The position numbers and the translations under genes are program-made. From assembly GCF_000143415.4 (NCBI RefSeq), contig NW_003314325.1:460567-524566 (forward strand): DNA of 64,000 nt, given 5' to 3'. This DNA is from Selaginella moellendorffii. Taxonomy: Eukaryota; Plantae; Lycopodiophyta. Position 1 is the stretch's first letter; every line of letters starts with the position of its first letter. This document shows positions 48,978 through 61,172 of this stretch, one piece after another. The notes beneath the pieces are model-generated. The model was not told the DNA's origin. It did no database searches and was given only the letters and a program-made list of their open reading frames with translations.

Positions 48978-50507
48978 ATGGCGCAGATTTGGCGAATCGA
49001 CTCTGGAATTCCTCCAAAAGATAAGTAGTTTCTGATGTTTAATATCCTCTCATCCTTGCGAGCGCGAGCCGCGAGTCCGCGAGTCCGCGACTCATATGCA
49101 AACGCAGCAAGCGAAGAAGAAGAAGTAGAAGAATGTTCACTCGTTGGCTCGAGAGCTCCTGTACATACGTGACTTTGTTTAAGGGGCAGTGAGATCCGGT
49201 TGAGATATTCACCCATGTTACAGGTACTCTGCGTATGTGTCCCCGGCTAGAATGGACAGCAGCTCTGTCTCCTTGGACCTTGCAAAGAGCATGTGAGGAT
49301 GTGGAGCGTAAATGCTGTTGCCGAGAAAAGTTTTTTCTTCTCGTCGGGCCAGCGGAACTTGACTCCCCGTTGCAAGGCAAGCAAGTTTTCCTAAGTTGTA
49401 TTCTAATCTTTCTCTCCTTGTTGCTTGTGGCGGAAGCTGGTGATCAAACGTCCCAGCGTGTCAAAGAGCGAGGTAAGATTTTCTTTCCATTTGTTTTGGG
49501 GTTTGAGGCTAACAATGTTTACGCAGTGCAAACTGTCACCACCAAACGCGGTGGATTTGTTTGATCCAAACGCTTTGCATTCCAGTGAAGAGGAAGAAGA
49601 AGAAGATCATATGGATGGATATGCATTGACATCACGTAAATTAACTGGCGCTGAGTACACCTCATTGACAAGGAGCTGTTATCGCAAAAATATCGTGTGG
49701 AGGTACTTTGGCGAGTAGAATTGTTTGGGTGTGTTTGCTGTTACTGGAACGACTGTGACCCCTACGTGATTTGTTTTGTCTGTCGCTGTTTCGCTCGTCG
49801 TCGTGTGGCGTCGAAAGCTTTGGCTGCTTTGTTGGTTTCTAGTGAACTTCCATCTATATAATTTGGACGAGCAAAATGTTAAAGAATAGTTTTCAAAAGA
49901 CCTGCACGAACACGAGCTCAGCGCTGATAGATTTATGTAGCTTGGAGCCAACAAAAGAGCGCCCACCTTCTTTGCAACTTCTTTTTTAAAAGGCTTCCTT
50001 CTCTGGCATCGATCGAGCAAACACCATTCGAGGACACTGCAAAGAGTGGTATCAGCAAATGACAAGAGCCAAAAGAGCATGAAAACTTACAGGAGAACTC
50101 CAGCTTTGGTGTCGGCAGCGTCGCGAGAGTACCGAGAAAAGTGGTGAGCGAGACAAGCGAAAAGCAAAAGGAATGCCTTCCCTCTTCCAGGATCGAGATA
50201 TTCAGTTCCGCTGGAGCAAGCAAGAATCTTTTGAAAAGCTCCAGACGTTGAGAGGATCGCAAGCAGCAGCAGCAGCAGCCACCCCGTATGTTGGGCATGA
50301 TTCCCAGGCGAGTTTTTGTACTTCCGATATGTTCCAAGGGAACATATCGATCGGAGCGAAGTGTCTTGCGCGCGTTTTCCACCCCCTCTCGTCTGCGAGA
50401 AAATGATTCAGTCGAGACGACCAAAGCTAAAACAAAAAAGCAAAAGCTCTCTCTCCACTAGAACATTACCTGGACTGGACGATTCTTCCTTCGACCCGAA
50501 GTGTTAA
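48978..50507 (+). CDS. Possible multi-exon gene of unknown function
   Basis: Several short GT/GC-AG-flanked exon-like blocks (e.g. CKLSPPNAVDLFDPNALHSSEEEEEEDH; DRDIQFRWSKQESFEKLQ). No recognisable domain; model not resolved. Confidence 0.3.
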
Positions 50508-50790
50508 CTGTTTCGCTCTCTCTCTCTCTCTCGCTCTCCAGTTCTCACGTCACGCCGCCCTGAGCTTTGGCAGCGGCACGTCCAGTATATACAACCTACG
50601 TCCACAGGCAACATCAGTAGTTGGACCACAGCTTACTGTGCAAAGAAATGAAAAACAAATGCAAAGGAAAGGTGTAGAGGACAAACCGCAGAGGGGCAAA
50701 TGGTCCAAAATCCAAAATGTTGGCATCCATATCGCAAGTTGCTGTGGTGTTCTAGGGACGAGGCCCCCACTCTGTGCTTACTGTGCCGGT

Positions 50791-50833
50791 CCTATATAAA
50801 TGGACCGCGACCGCTCATAGAGACCCACCACTG

Positions 50834-50862
<29 letters not shown>
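50791..50862 (+). promoter_or_regulatory. TATA box plus (CT)n Y-patch upstream of the PAO gene
   Basis: cctatataaa at ~50792, followed by (CT)n at 50834-50860. Confidence 0.6.
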
Positions 50863-50864
<2 letters not shown>

Positions 50865-51508
50865 AACTCCTTCAAGTGTGTGTTTGTCGCAACAGCAGTT
50901 CATCACAGCTTCTCACTGCAGCAGCAAGAAAAGGGAGCATTAGTTAGCAGTAGTGGAACAAGTGTTGCTTGCGGTGGAATAGCAAGCCAACAGCAAAGAG
51001 AAAAAAGGAAAAGAATCTACCTCGGCTTTTGGTACCTCTGTGCCAATCCTTTTCTTCCTCGTGCCTCCGACTTCCCCTTGCTGTGATCTGTCTCTCCCCC
51101 TCCATTCTGCAGTGTCCAAAGACAGGCCAGCTCGCATTCCAGTCCCCGACTTTCTTCTGTCTGCCTTTTCTTCTGATTAGCGCTGCGCAACTTGTCCCTG
51201 CCACTGCCTTGTCAAGGCTTGGCATTTTCGCTTCAATTGAGCTTCTCCTCTTCCTCCTTCTCAGACTTGCGGTCGTTTAACGTCTCGTCGAAGTGGAAAC
51301 GAAGCAATGACCTGCGCAACCAGCGCAATCGAGCAACGCTGTGCTTGAATCTTCTCCTCCAAAAAAGCTCAACGTCAGGTACCGCATGCATGATTATAAT
51401 CATAAGCATACCTTCCTTCTCCATTCAACTCCCTCGTGAAGATGAAATGACCAGTTCGTCTTTCGCTTTTCCTTTCCTTCTTCCTTCCATCAGGCCTTGC
51501 GAAAGCTC

Positions 51509-53155
51509 ATGGAGCTCAAGAAGCTATGCGGAAAACCCCGCGTGATCGTCATTGGAGCCGGCATTTCGGGCCTCTCAGCAGCTCGTCGCTTGTACTCTTC
51601 CCCTGCTGCTGCTCGCGACTGGCAAATCACCGTTTTGGAAGCGAGTGACAGGATCGGCGGCAGAATCTTCACGTCCCAATTTGACACTGGAGAGCAGATT
51701 GAGATCGGTGCTACGTGGATTCACGGCGTCGAAGGCAGTCCCATTTTCGACATCGCTGAAAAGTCCGGAGCACTCCACGGGGATGTTCCGTTCGAGTGCA
51801 TGGACGGCTTTCCGGAGCCCCCAATTGTCAAAGCTCAGGGAGGAGTCACTGTGCACTCCACCATTGCACACGACGTTGCCTCCCTCTACAGGCAGCTCGT
51901 CGACGATGTGAACGATCGGAGAGGAGAGCCACCGGAAGTAACCGCGGAGACGCTCGAGCATGGAGACTCTGGCAACCTGGGGTCGTATCTTCGTCGTGGT
52001 TTCGAAAGTTTTCTCGGCAAACAAGCTGCTACACCTGCTGGAGTCAATGCTGCTGAATTGCTGCTCAAACAGGACAACCCCTCCATCGCTTCCAGCGGCT
52101 GGAACTTGAGAGCTCTTCAAGAAGGTGTCTTCACAATTCAGGAGAACTGGGAGCGCTGCGTCACTGCTGCCGAGTCGCTGCACGATCTAGACCTCCTGGC
52201 GTTCAACGAGTACTGGGAGTTTCCTGGTGAGCAGATAACCATAGGTAAAGGATTCTCCTCTGTTGTCCAGGCTCTCGCCAAGAGCTTGCCACCCGACACC
52301 ATCCGGTTCCACAAGAAAGTCGACAAGGTTGTCTGGACTGATGTAGCTCGAACTTCTGCTTCCTCCGGGTATCCTGTCCAGCTGCATTGCGAAGACGGCT
52401 CCACCTTCGAAGCTGACCACGTTATCGTCACGGTCTCTCTCGGCGTTCTCAAGGCAAAGGCTTTGGAAGAACAGCAGCTATTCCAGCCTCGCCTGCCCGA
52501 CTGGAAGCTGGATTCCATAGAGAAGCTCGGCTTCGGTGTCGTGGACAAGCTGTTCGTCCTCGTCGAACCTCCTCCAGATGGCTCTCAACATCCCAACTTG
52601 CAGTTCATCCACAAGTCTCAGGCAGACGCTGACGAAGACGAGGTCCCTCGTTGGATGCGGAAGACTCATTCCCTGTACCCCATCCATAAGAAGTCCAACG
52701 TGCTCGTTGCGTGGTTCGCTGGAGCCGAGGCAAAGGAGATGGAGAAGCTGTCCGACGAAGAGATTGCCCGAGGTGTCCAGAAAACTCTCGCTGCTTTCGG
52801 TGACAAGCGTCGAGTTGCAGGTCTGGGGTCACAGCGGCAGCATTGTTGCAATGGTGGCGACGCCAGTTCTAACGGTGGCACGCACAGCGGCAAAGTTCAC
52901 GTAGCTCACGGGTGCTGGAATCGGAATCCTTTGTTTCTCGGCTCCTACTCCTACGTCGCAGTTGGTTCCAATGGTGATGATATCGACCACCTTGCAGCCC
53001 CGGTTCCACGTCTAAGTGACTCAGGTCCTCCATTGCAGTTGCTCTTCGCCGGTGAGGCGACTCACAGGGATCAGTATTCGACGACGCATGGTGCTTATTT
53101 CAGCGGACAAAGGGAAGCCGATCGCCTGATTCAGCATTACAAGTTCGCGAGTTAG
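51509..53155 (+). CDS. PAO5: Polyamine oxidase, PAO5-type (intronless CDS, FAD-dependent)
   Basis: GAGISGL, LEASDRIGGRI, EIGATWIHG, ADHVIVTVSLGVLKA, W..NPLFLGSYSY and FAGEATH...STTHGAY.SG.READRL. An intronless CDS is typical of the PAO5 clade. Confidence 0.92.
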   Translation: MELKKLCGKPRVIVIGAGISGLSAARRLYSSPAAARDWQITVLEASDRIGGRIFTSQFDTGEQIEIGATWIHGVEGSPIFDIAEKSGALHGDVPFECMDGFPEPPIVKAQGGVTVHSTIAHDVASLYRQLVDDVNDRRGEPPEVTAETLEHGDSGNLGSYLRRGFESFLGKQAATPAGVNAAELLLKQDNPSIASSGWNLRALQEGVFTIQENWERCVTAAESLHDLDLLAFNEYWEFPGEQITIGKGFSSVVQALAKSLPPDTIRFHKKVDKVVWTDVARTSASSGYPVQLHCEDGSTFEADHVIVTVSLGVLKAKALEEQQLFQPRLPDWKLDSIEKLGFGVVDKLFVLVEPPPDGSQHPNLQFIHKSQADADEDEVPRWMRKTHSLYPIHKKSNVLVAWFAGAEAKEMEKLSDEEIARGVQKTLAAFGDKRRVAGLGSQRQHCCNGGDASSNGGTHSGKVHVAHGCWNRNPLFLGSYSYVAVGSNGDDIDHLAAPVPRLSDSGPPLQLLFAGEATHRDQYSTTHGAYFSGQREADRLIQHYKFAS

Positions 53156-54799
53156 AACCGCAATGAGAAAGCATTTCTAAACGGCATGAGCGGCAGCAGT
53201 TTGATGCGTCTTCTCTAAACATCAAGGAGGCCTTCTAAAACCAAAAGAGGACGACCGTATTACCTTGTTGATAGCGAATTTTGGAAGGTCTGTCGCCTTC
53301 CAGCATCTTTTTTTTTCCATGCCTAGTATGCCTTACGCGTGTTGATTTGGCTATGTAGTCGTGGTTGCACTTGCACAGAAGAAGCACTGGCATGTCAATC
53401 ACATATATAGTGAGTGCGATAATATAAAACATGGAGAATGAGAAAGATACCTTCGGTTGGAATAGTTGGCTAGCTCTCGCTTGCGGAATCCGTGGAGACA
53501 GTCCATATCCTTTGCAACGGATAAGGTTCCACCTCCGTGGTAGTGCCGACAAAAGCTTCATCAAGTTACGTTTCTCCCAATCATTGGAGTGCTTCCCTGA
53601 AGCATCACCTAGTAGTGCCAGAATTGCTGCTCTGGGATTATAGTGGACGTGAAAGCAATCATCACAATGGCCGTGAGCGATGGCGACGAAGAACAGCGAG
53701 CAAAGGCTGAAGGAGTTGCGAAACTTTGACCTGTTTAAACGGAGCTCTGTCCTCACTAGCCAGCCTCCTCTGGAGAAAAGATGATCAGGATTGATCCTCG
53801 GGAAGTTCAAGCCTGGATGAATCCACGTCGAGAGGACGTCAGCGCCAAGTGAGAGTTTTGACACTTTGACGAGACGACAACACTCTTTTAACCACCTTTT
53901 CTTCCGCTGGCTTCTTCTGAGAACCCAGTAGCTGTCTTTCATCCTGCCAAGACTAGAAGGCCCAGCCCACGAAGCACTGCCCATGTTTTAGAAACCATAA
54001 GAGAAAGCTCCCCCTTCTTCTTCCTGGTTTCTCCACCACTTTCTTAATCTTTTCTTCTCGCTCGTACGTCAGCTAAGTAGCTTAGAGTGATTCCCACGGA
54101 GCAGCGCTCTGGCTCGAAGCTGGCAATGGGAAGAATTCTAAAAAATCTGGCCACTGCCCGACCTGTGCCCTGCCCTCTTTCTTCCCTTCTCCTTAAATTT
54201 CCTTCTGGGACGATGGAGATGGAGAGCGACCCTACAGCTGCCCCGTCTGTCACTGAAGTCTTTTCTTCCACATTTCCAATGCTTCTCGCTCCTTAGATGA
54301 ATGCGCGAAAGAAAGAGGGTACCACTGCCGGATCCCCTGGAGATATCGAGAGCTGAGCGAGAGAGAGCCTGGCGTCATACCTCGAGGACGAAGCCCTCCT
54401 CCGCAATAAGAACCCTAAACACTTTACAATTTCCCGCCAAATTTTGGAAAAGCAAAGAGCCTATTTAGTGATGGAGCATGACATTTTTGAAGAGAAAAGC
54501 ATCAAAACTCAAAAATCTATTTAAAATATGCTTGTATAATTTATAAACTTTCCAAAACACTACCTAGCATATTCTAGTTTATTTTGATAATATTAATTTT
54601 ATATTCATAAATTATAAATAAAGACGATGAGATACATTTTTAGGCTTAAAATAAGTTCTATAGCTCATGCTTGAACACTCTAAGAGGAAGAGTAGAGTTA
54701 AACTGTGAACATAACAATATAATTATTATAATTTATCTGATTATTATTATATAGTTACTCATAGAGTTCATTGTAGAGTATAATACCAAGTCATTAATC

Positions 54800-57760
54800 T
54801 AAAATAATCTTGGAACTCTCACCAAAAAACCTAATTCTCTTCTAATAAAAGCTTTTAGAATTCTTAATTGTATCATATTTTGATCAATTGAACTAATAAG
54901 TAATATTGAACAGGAATAACACTATTATTAAACAAACTAAACATTAAAGCATAGTAATTTTTAAAGGTAGGTTTTTAGATATAATATTTTAAATATGAAA
55001 GTTTCATTGATGAATTTCTATATTATAAATATATGTAATGCTCTATTGGATTAATTACTTCAATGCCATAGGACATGGATTTATGAGTGCATAAAATATA
55101 AAACTATGTATTCAATTAGCCTAAAAACCCTAATTTATATATGGAGTGACTAGTCTAAATTGAAATCAATCCAATAAATATCAAAATCTAACTATGCTAA
55201 TATTAGTATATGGCATCATAGCCATCTTTTTCTATGGAATGTAGTTAAAGTTTTTTGGTTCATAAACTAGAATTTGGAGGACTTCAAGAAAAGGCATCAA
55301 TGGATTTATAAATGGTGTAACTTATTCTTGATCCCTTTGTATGAAGCACTTCAACTATTATATATATGCATAATTTCTAAAGGATTGATCTATTGAATAT
55401 CATGCAGAACTTCATAAACTTGCAGTCTAATTTATCATAACACTCAATATGGTCACTTCCACTAAATAAAGAGCCTTTTAGACAAACCATGTACTATATG
55501 ATTGAGAAAACAAATTAACACTAGGTCATTTATTTTGTACTTTGTAGGTGGATGTCAATGGGAGTTGTAGCACCATTGTTGTCTCACTTGTATACAACCA
55601 AAGTGTTCAACAAGCTTCACTCAAATTAGTAAAAGAATGCTTATCAAATATTTCTCCCAATACCTAGCTCATAACAATTGTAAAGGTAAACTTAACTCTA
55701 TTAGAAGTATTAAATCATGATTATATAAGAGTTTATATAGTGAAGTATTGATGAAACTTTGAACCCCTGTGACATACACATACTGAAGAAACTATCTCAA
55801 TCTAAATGTTTAAAGTTCATATATTTTATAATCATTTATCTGAAAGTTCAAACAAGCTATTCCACTAAACCATTTATCTAAACACTTTTGACAATATGGC
55901 ATATCTCTAGCCTAGACATTAAAACGTGAATACGTCAGTTATGAATGCAAGACCATTATCTGAAAGAATCTACTTTAAACAAGAATGTTAAAACACCATT
56001 CAATTGAGTAGGAAATATCCAATAGTAATCATTGATGCACTAGCAAGAACACTAACTTTCACCTAGCGAGTCAAGTAATTGAAGGCAATAATGATGTATT
56101 ATTTGCAAATAATTGACTGTGGAAAATGCCCCATTAAATCAAATGCCACTAATTCAAATAGACTCAAAACTATAATTGATTCAAACCATCTTTCTGCAGC
56201 ATGAGGGGGACTATTACTAGATTAACATCAAACACAATTATGCATATACTTGATAATATCATATCGCATCTTCAACCAATTTAAAAACTACTACAGATGT
56301 GGAGAAAATGTAGAATAAGGATTGAAGGCACCACCAGCTGTAAATGATCATCACAATTAATCCCTCAAGCTAATATTAATATTATAAATACTGAAATGAC
56401 AAGTTCTTAGCAAGTGATTTCAACTACAGTAACTATTGATAACACAAAATCCTCATCTAAAAAATGACACTAAATTTGAAATAATAAGCTCATAAGGAAC
56501 ATGAAAAGAGAGCAAAATGATAAGTAAAACTTGGAAAAGGGCATTAGCATCAATTATACAATTCCTTGAGTAATAAATAATCTCAAAATTATATATCTAA
56601 AATTTTAAAGTCTATTAAGCCAATTATATGAAGTACTATAGTATGATTACCTTTTAGTAATGTCTGAGAACCATGTAAATATGCATGAAACAAATTGTTA
56701 CTAAATATTCATTCTTTATCATAAAGTAATTTATCTCTATTGATTATAATGTATAACTCATATATGCAATAAGATAACACTAACCAAACATATTTGTGCT
56801 CTTCTGCATCAACACATCTCTTAAATTAATATCAAAAGCATCTACATGCAAATAAAAGGTCAAAGTGCAGTTAGAATACACTAAAATTATAAGAGTTATC
56901 AATATAGCACTTTCAAATCTAAAAGTGTTATTTTGCAATCTTTAGCCTAGATGAAAGATGATATTAATAACTTTAACAATACTTACAATCGTGTAGTATA
57001 ATCAAAAAGATGATTAACAAAATGATTAAGATATTACACCTTACCTAAAAAGTATTGTATATCATTCATACACTTTAGAGTAGAAAACTTTATAATAATT
57101 ACAAATTTGTAATGATCAACTTTCAAATCTTCACAAGAAATATAATACTTAATATCCTTAGACCTACATACGCACTTTGATTACTTTAGTTTCAAATTAA
57201 ATTCCCACAACTAATTTAACACTTTACAAACATTATAAATGTGCTCTTCTTACATTCCCTATGTGTGCATTAAGACATCATCAATAAAGTCACCAATCAC
57301 CTTTGGCATATTGCAAAGAACCTCATTCACTAGAAAATTTGCCAAAATATTGTTCAAATTGAATAACATCACCAAAAATTCCTACAAACCAAATGATGTA
57401 AAAAAACAATTTTGGGAACATCTTTTTTAGCATTTGCCAGCACCTAAAAGCAAAATCTAATTTAATGAACCAATTATTTCTCTGAAAATAATCTAGAAGA
57501 TTAGTAGTATAAGGAAGAGGGTATACATTCGAAATAATCACCTTATTTAACTAACAATAGTTGATGTAGAATTGAATACTTCTTAGACTTCGTTATAAAA
57601 TAATGTTTATACCTAAAGACTCTAAAAATTTTGGACAATACCCTTCCTTAACATCTCCTTGACATCTACACATAAAATCTTTTATCTCCTTTAATGATTA
57701 ATGCTGAATAAGAACTTTGATTGAACAAACTTACTTATAGTGTTACTTGATTGATAATTA
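54800..57760 (-). mobile_element. Highly decayed Ty3/Gypsy pol remnant
   Basis: Minus strand YPLPYTTNLLDY...WFIKLDF...WQM, FGL*EFLVMLFNLNN, GDFIDDVL..EEH and LKLK*SKC (RT motifs) at ~57540-57160. Strongly AT-shifted; the left boundary is uncertain. Confidence 0.7.
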
Positions 57761-57899
57761 AGTCATTATAATTTTTATATTATATCCTAGTGATTATGAG
57801 CAATGTGTTTATGAAATTTCTTAGTTAAACAATAATCAACCCCAAAATGGTTAATGGTAATGTTAATCTATTTGCAAGAAGTATCTATGCCAATGATAC

Positions 57900-59330
57900 A
57901 GTTTCCAACAGTCTACTATAAGGTTGTCTTCTTCAAAGCGAGCTCAGAAGAAAATGTCATCACATATGATATCAGAGTACTAAGAACCATACCTTCTTGA
58001 CCACAACCATGAGCCTGGCAATCGAGAATGATCTTGCCTAGCCATGGTCCCACTCCAGACCTTTGCCAGTTTTAATCCAAAGTTCGTGAGCCTCTAGTTC
58101 TTCACTTCATCATCCTTAGCTATGGCTTCCAACCACTACAAACTCCTCATTGCGTGACTGATACCACTGACGCTGTGAGGCTCCACAAAGATGAAGTTTT
58201 CCACATCAGTGCAAAAGCTTGAGAACTACTATCCCCATGTGCAAACGGGAAATTTCAGAAGTCTCCAGCAACGCCATGTCATCTGTAGCAGACACTAGAA
58301 CTAGTGTGCCCTGCATGACCAGCTCTTTGAGTCGCAGAGCTTTGACTGATTGCCGTAAGCTCCAGGGTTATCATCCCAGTCTGTGGATCAAACATGGCTT
58401 GCTTTGACAATCCTGGATCCACCACGTACCTAGTAGCCGAAAAAGCGAGTAGCACTACATGGTTCAAGGAAGATCATTGTAAAAGTACCTGATTCCTGGT
58501 ATCGTCAAAGACGTCTCGGCGATATTTGTTGCAAAGCCTATCTTTCTCGTACCAGCTGGTGCTGCCTCGAATACCAGTTGCTGATCCTCTTGACGAAGCC
58601 TTCCATGAAGAGGCAGCACAAGCGCACATGGCATATTTGCCAGTCGCCCATTCGATATCCGTCTGGGACGTGAAAAAAGCTATATCTCCGTCATCAGCCT
58701 CCCTATGGAGCTCACAAACTCTTTCCATTGTCCTTGTTACATGGTTGTCGATGTTGGCATTCCTGCGCAGTTCGTAGTGGATCTCAACTGGGTACTTCCT
58801 TCCAGGAACGACAAGTGTTCGATGCGAAAGTAGTCGCTGAAAAGTTCCGCATTGACTGTAGCTGGCATGATGATGAGTCTCAAGTCCGACCATGCACGCA
58901 TACATTCCTTCAGTACTGCCAGGAGTAAATCGATGCTCAGGCTTCGCTCGTGTGCTTCATCCACCACAATGCAGCTGAACCAGTCGAGATTTCTAGTCGA
59001 GAGATAAAGTTGAAGCAGTACGTGGTCCGTGGTGTAGACCATTTTGGCAAGGTCCTGTTGATCCCTGTATAACAAGGTACCAATGGAATTTATCTTCTCG
59101 TAACAGCCGTGGCATTCTTTGGCAACCCGTCAAGTAAGAGCAAAAGCTGCTACTTTCCTTGGCTGTGTACAAAGGATGGACTTGAGAAACAACCATCACA
59201 TAAATATTGAACGAGTTGAGTGCTCTTCCCAGACTAATCAACACAGTAACCTATAGATTAATGCAAAGAAACTAGATGATAAAAACTTCTGGAGGTTCAG
59301 GCCAGAAATCATGCGGGGACGATCGCTTCC
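57900..59330 (-). pseudogene. DEAH11/12-like helicase remnant (copy E, helicase core + HA2)
   Basis: FSCIVVDEAHERSLSIDLLLAVLKE, VPGRKYPVEIHY, YVVDPGLSKQAMFDPQTG...SQSSATQRAG.AG.TS. Confidence 0.88.
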
Positions 59331-59493
59331 ACCTAAAACCCTGGGAGAAAAACGTTTGAGCGGGAACACGCCAAAAACAGTAACCTTTATAGCTCTCTAG
59401 TGTCACCCCGATGGTTTAATCTCCAAGGTCTAGATGCCTTCTATTATTACTTTATTCATAACCTTTCCACTCCTATCTATTTTTACTTTATTT

Positions 59494-60551
59494 TCATTCA
59501 TTCATTCGTATACAGTTTAGCAGAGAAGCATACTCAAACTCATCCAGTTCTCCTTTGCTCTTCAATTCTTCAATCAATGCTTCATCTGCAGCTGCATACC
59601 GCTTATACCCTGGAGGCATTTCTTCCTTGGATTTGTATAACTCGAAGCCTAGGCCTGCGTTGAGAAATCCATCGAGTCCCTGAAAAGCTTCCCAGATTTG
59701 AGATGCAAGAGGGCGGGGTGGCTCAGGCACAATGAAGATTCCCAAGTCTGGATGTTTTTTGCAGATCCGTTTGAGGTTTTCGTATTCAATCCGTTGGACG
59801 CAGAAACGAGGATGGTATTGCGGGAAGTCTGCTACCTGAACGATATAACCCACCTGAAAACGTACACAAATAAACATACAAAGAAACACAGAATAGAAAC
59901 TGGTACAAACTCCAAGATGAATTCTCTTCATTGGTCCAGTGTAAGTCCTCTCTGCCCAGTCCTCATTTCGCAGGGGATCTCTTGAACAGTGATAAGTATC
60001 GTGCCCCTTCGCTAGGCAGAGGTAGCATTTCTTTTGTTCATCCACTCCAGGCTAAAACAAAAAACAAAGAGTCAAAAATTCAATAAGTGAGTTTTCTTAC
60101 CCCCTTGCAGTGTCTTTCCCAATGACCTCTCTGCTTACATTTTCTGCATTGGTCGACGAGTAATCCCTCCTTCTCACCGGGACGATGAGTTCCTATGATC
60201 TCATACCTGTTACAAACAAAAGCAAGTAAACATCAAACCATATAAGCTTGCTTACCTTGCTTGCATACGATCGTAATCGTCCTCGATTGCAAAAGTGTCC
60301 ACCTCCTTCGGCTTTTCCTTTGTGAACTTCCTGTTGCTGCTGCCGCCGTCGTAAGCCTTCTTGTGCTGCCCGTTGCTGCTGTTGCCGTCATAAGCCTTCT
60401 TGTGCTGCCCGTTGCTGCTGTTGCCGTCATAAGCCTTCTTGTAGTGCCCGTTGCTGCTGCCGCCGTCGTAAGCCTTCTTGTGCTCGTTGCTGCAGTTGCC
60501 GTCATAAGCCTTCTTGTAGTGCCCGTTGCTGCTGCTGCTGTAAGCCTTCAT
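59494..60551 (-). CDS. Zinc-knuckle gene copy 6 (6 repeats, more divergent, longer C-terminus)
   Basis: Six (K/M)KAY..G.SSNG(Q/H)(H/Y)-type units; both CCHC knuckles retained; same intron positions. Confidence 0.72.
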
Positions 60552-61034
60552 CCTCCAAAGAAAATGTCCAGAACCAACAGGGGCTATACCAGATCGATAA
60601 GAGTTGGTATTGAAAACCTACGAGCTTTTTTAATTCATCATGTTTATCGAGGATCCCTTACCTGGACAATGCTATCAAAGAGAGCCTTGAGAGTTTTGGA
60701 ACGCGATGTAGGTACTAGATCGGCAAGAATCCCTGAAGCAGCCTGCTGTATTGAAAAGATACGAGCATTTTTATCGAGGATCGGACCGTATCACAGAGGG
60801 CCTTGAGGAGCGATGTAGCTCCGTAGCAGTGCAACGCGATCACAGGCGACGGCAATCGATCTGGTGGAGACGAACCTCCCTCAAACCCTAAACTTTATAC
60901 CAAGTATATTCTTTAAGTATCGACAGTGAAAAATCAATCGAACGAACGGCCAGGATCCCGCTGGAACCGGTACGAAAAGATCAAACTCGAGCAGCTTGCA
61001 ACCAAGCAGCTGCTTAAACAGTACCCCTACTATG

Positions 61035-61079
61035 GTGCCGCGCGGTATCCTGCTTGAGCTCAACTGTACCGCGCGGCAC
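61035..61079. other. GC-rich perfect 13-bp stem hairpin followed by an oligo-T run
   Basis: gtgccgcgcggta (61035-61047) and taccgcgcggcac (61067-61079). The loop contains the palindrome ttgagctcaa; a T-run starts at 61084. Confidence 0.6.
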
Positions 61080-61172
61080 ATTGTTTTTTTCACGCTTGCT
61101 AATTACGTAAGGATAAACACTCATTTTATTTAACTTTATGATGTTTCTTGACAGTAGAGAGAGAGCACGTTC

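Noticed and set aside
9235-53155. Functional link between PAO5 (polyamine products) and protamine modification
   Set aside because: The genes are 42 kb apart with unrelated genes between; no sequence evidence of co-regulation.
53235-53984. 249-aa minus-strand ORF convergent with PAO5
   Set aside because: No recognisable motif and atypical composition; may be a chance ORF or a degraded fragment.
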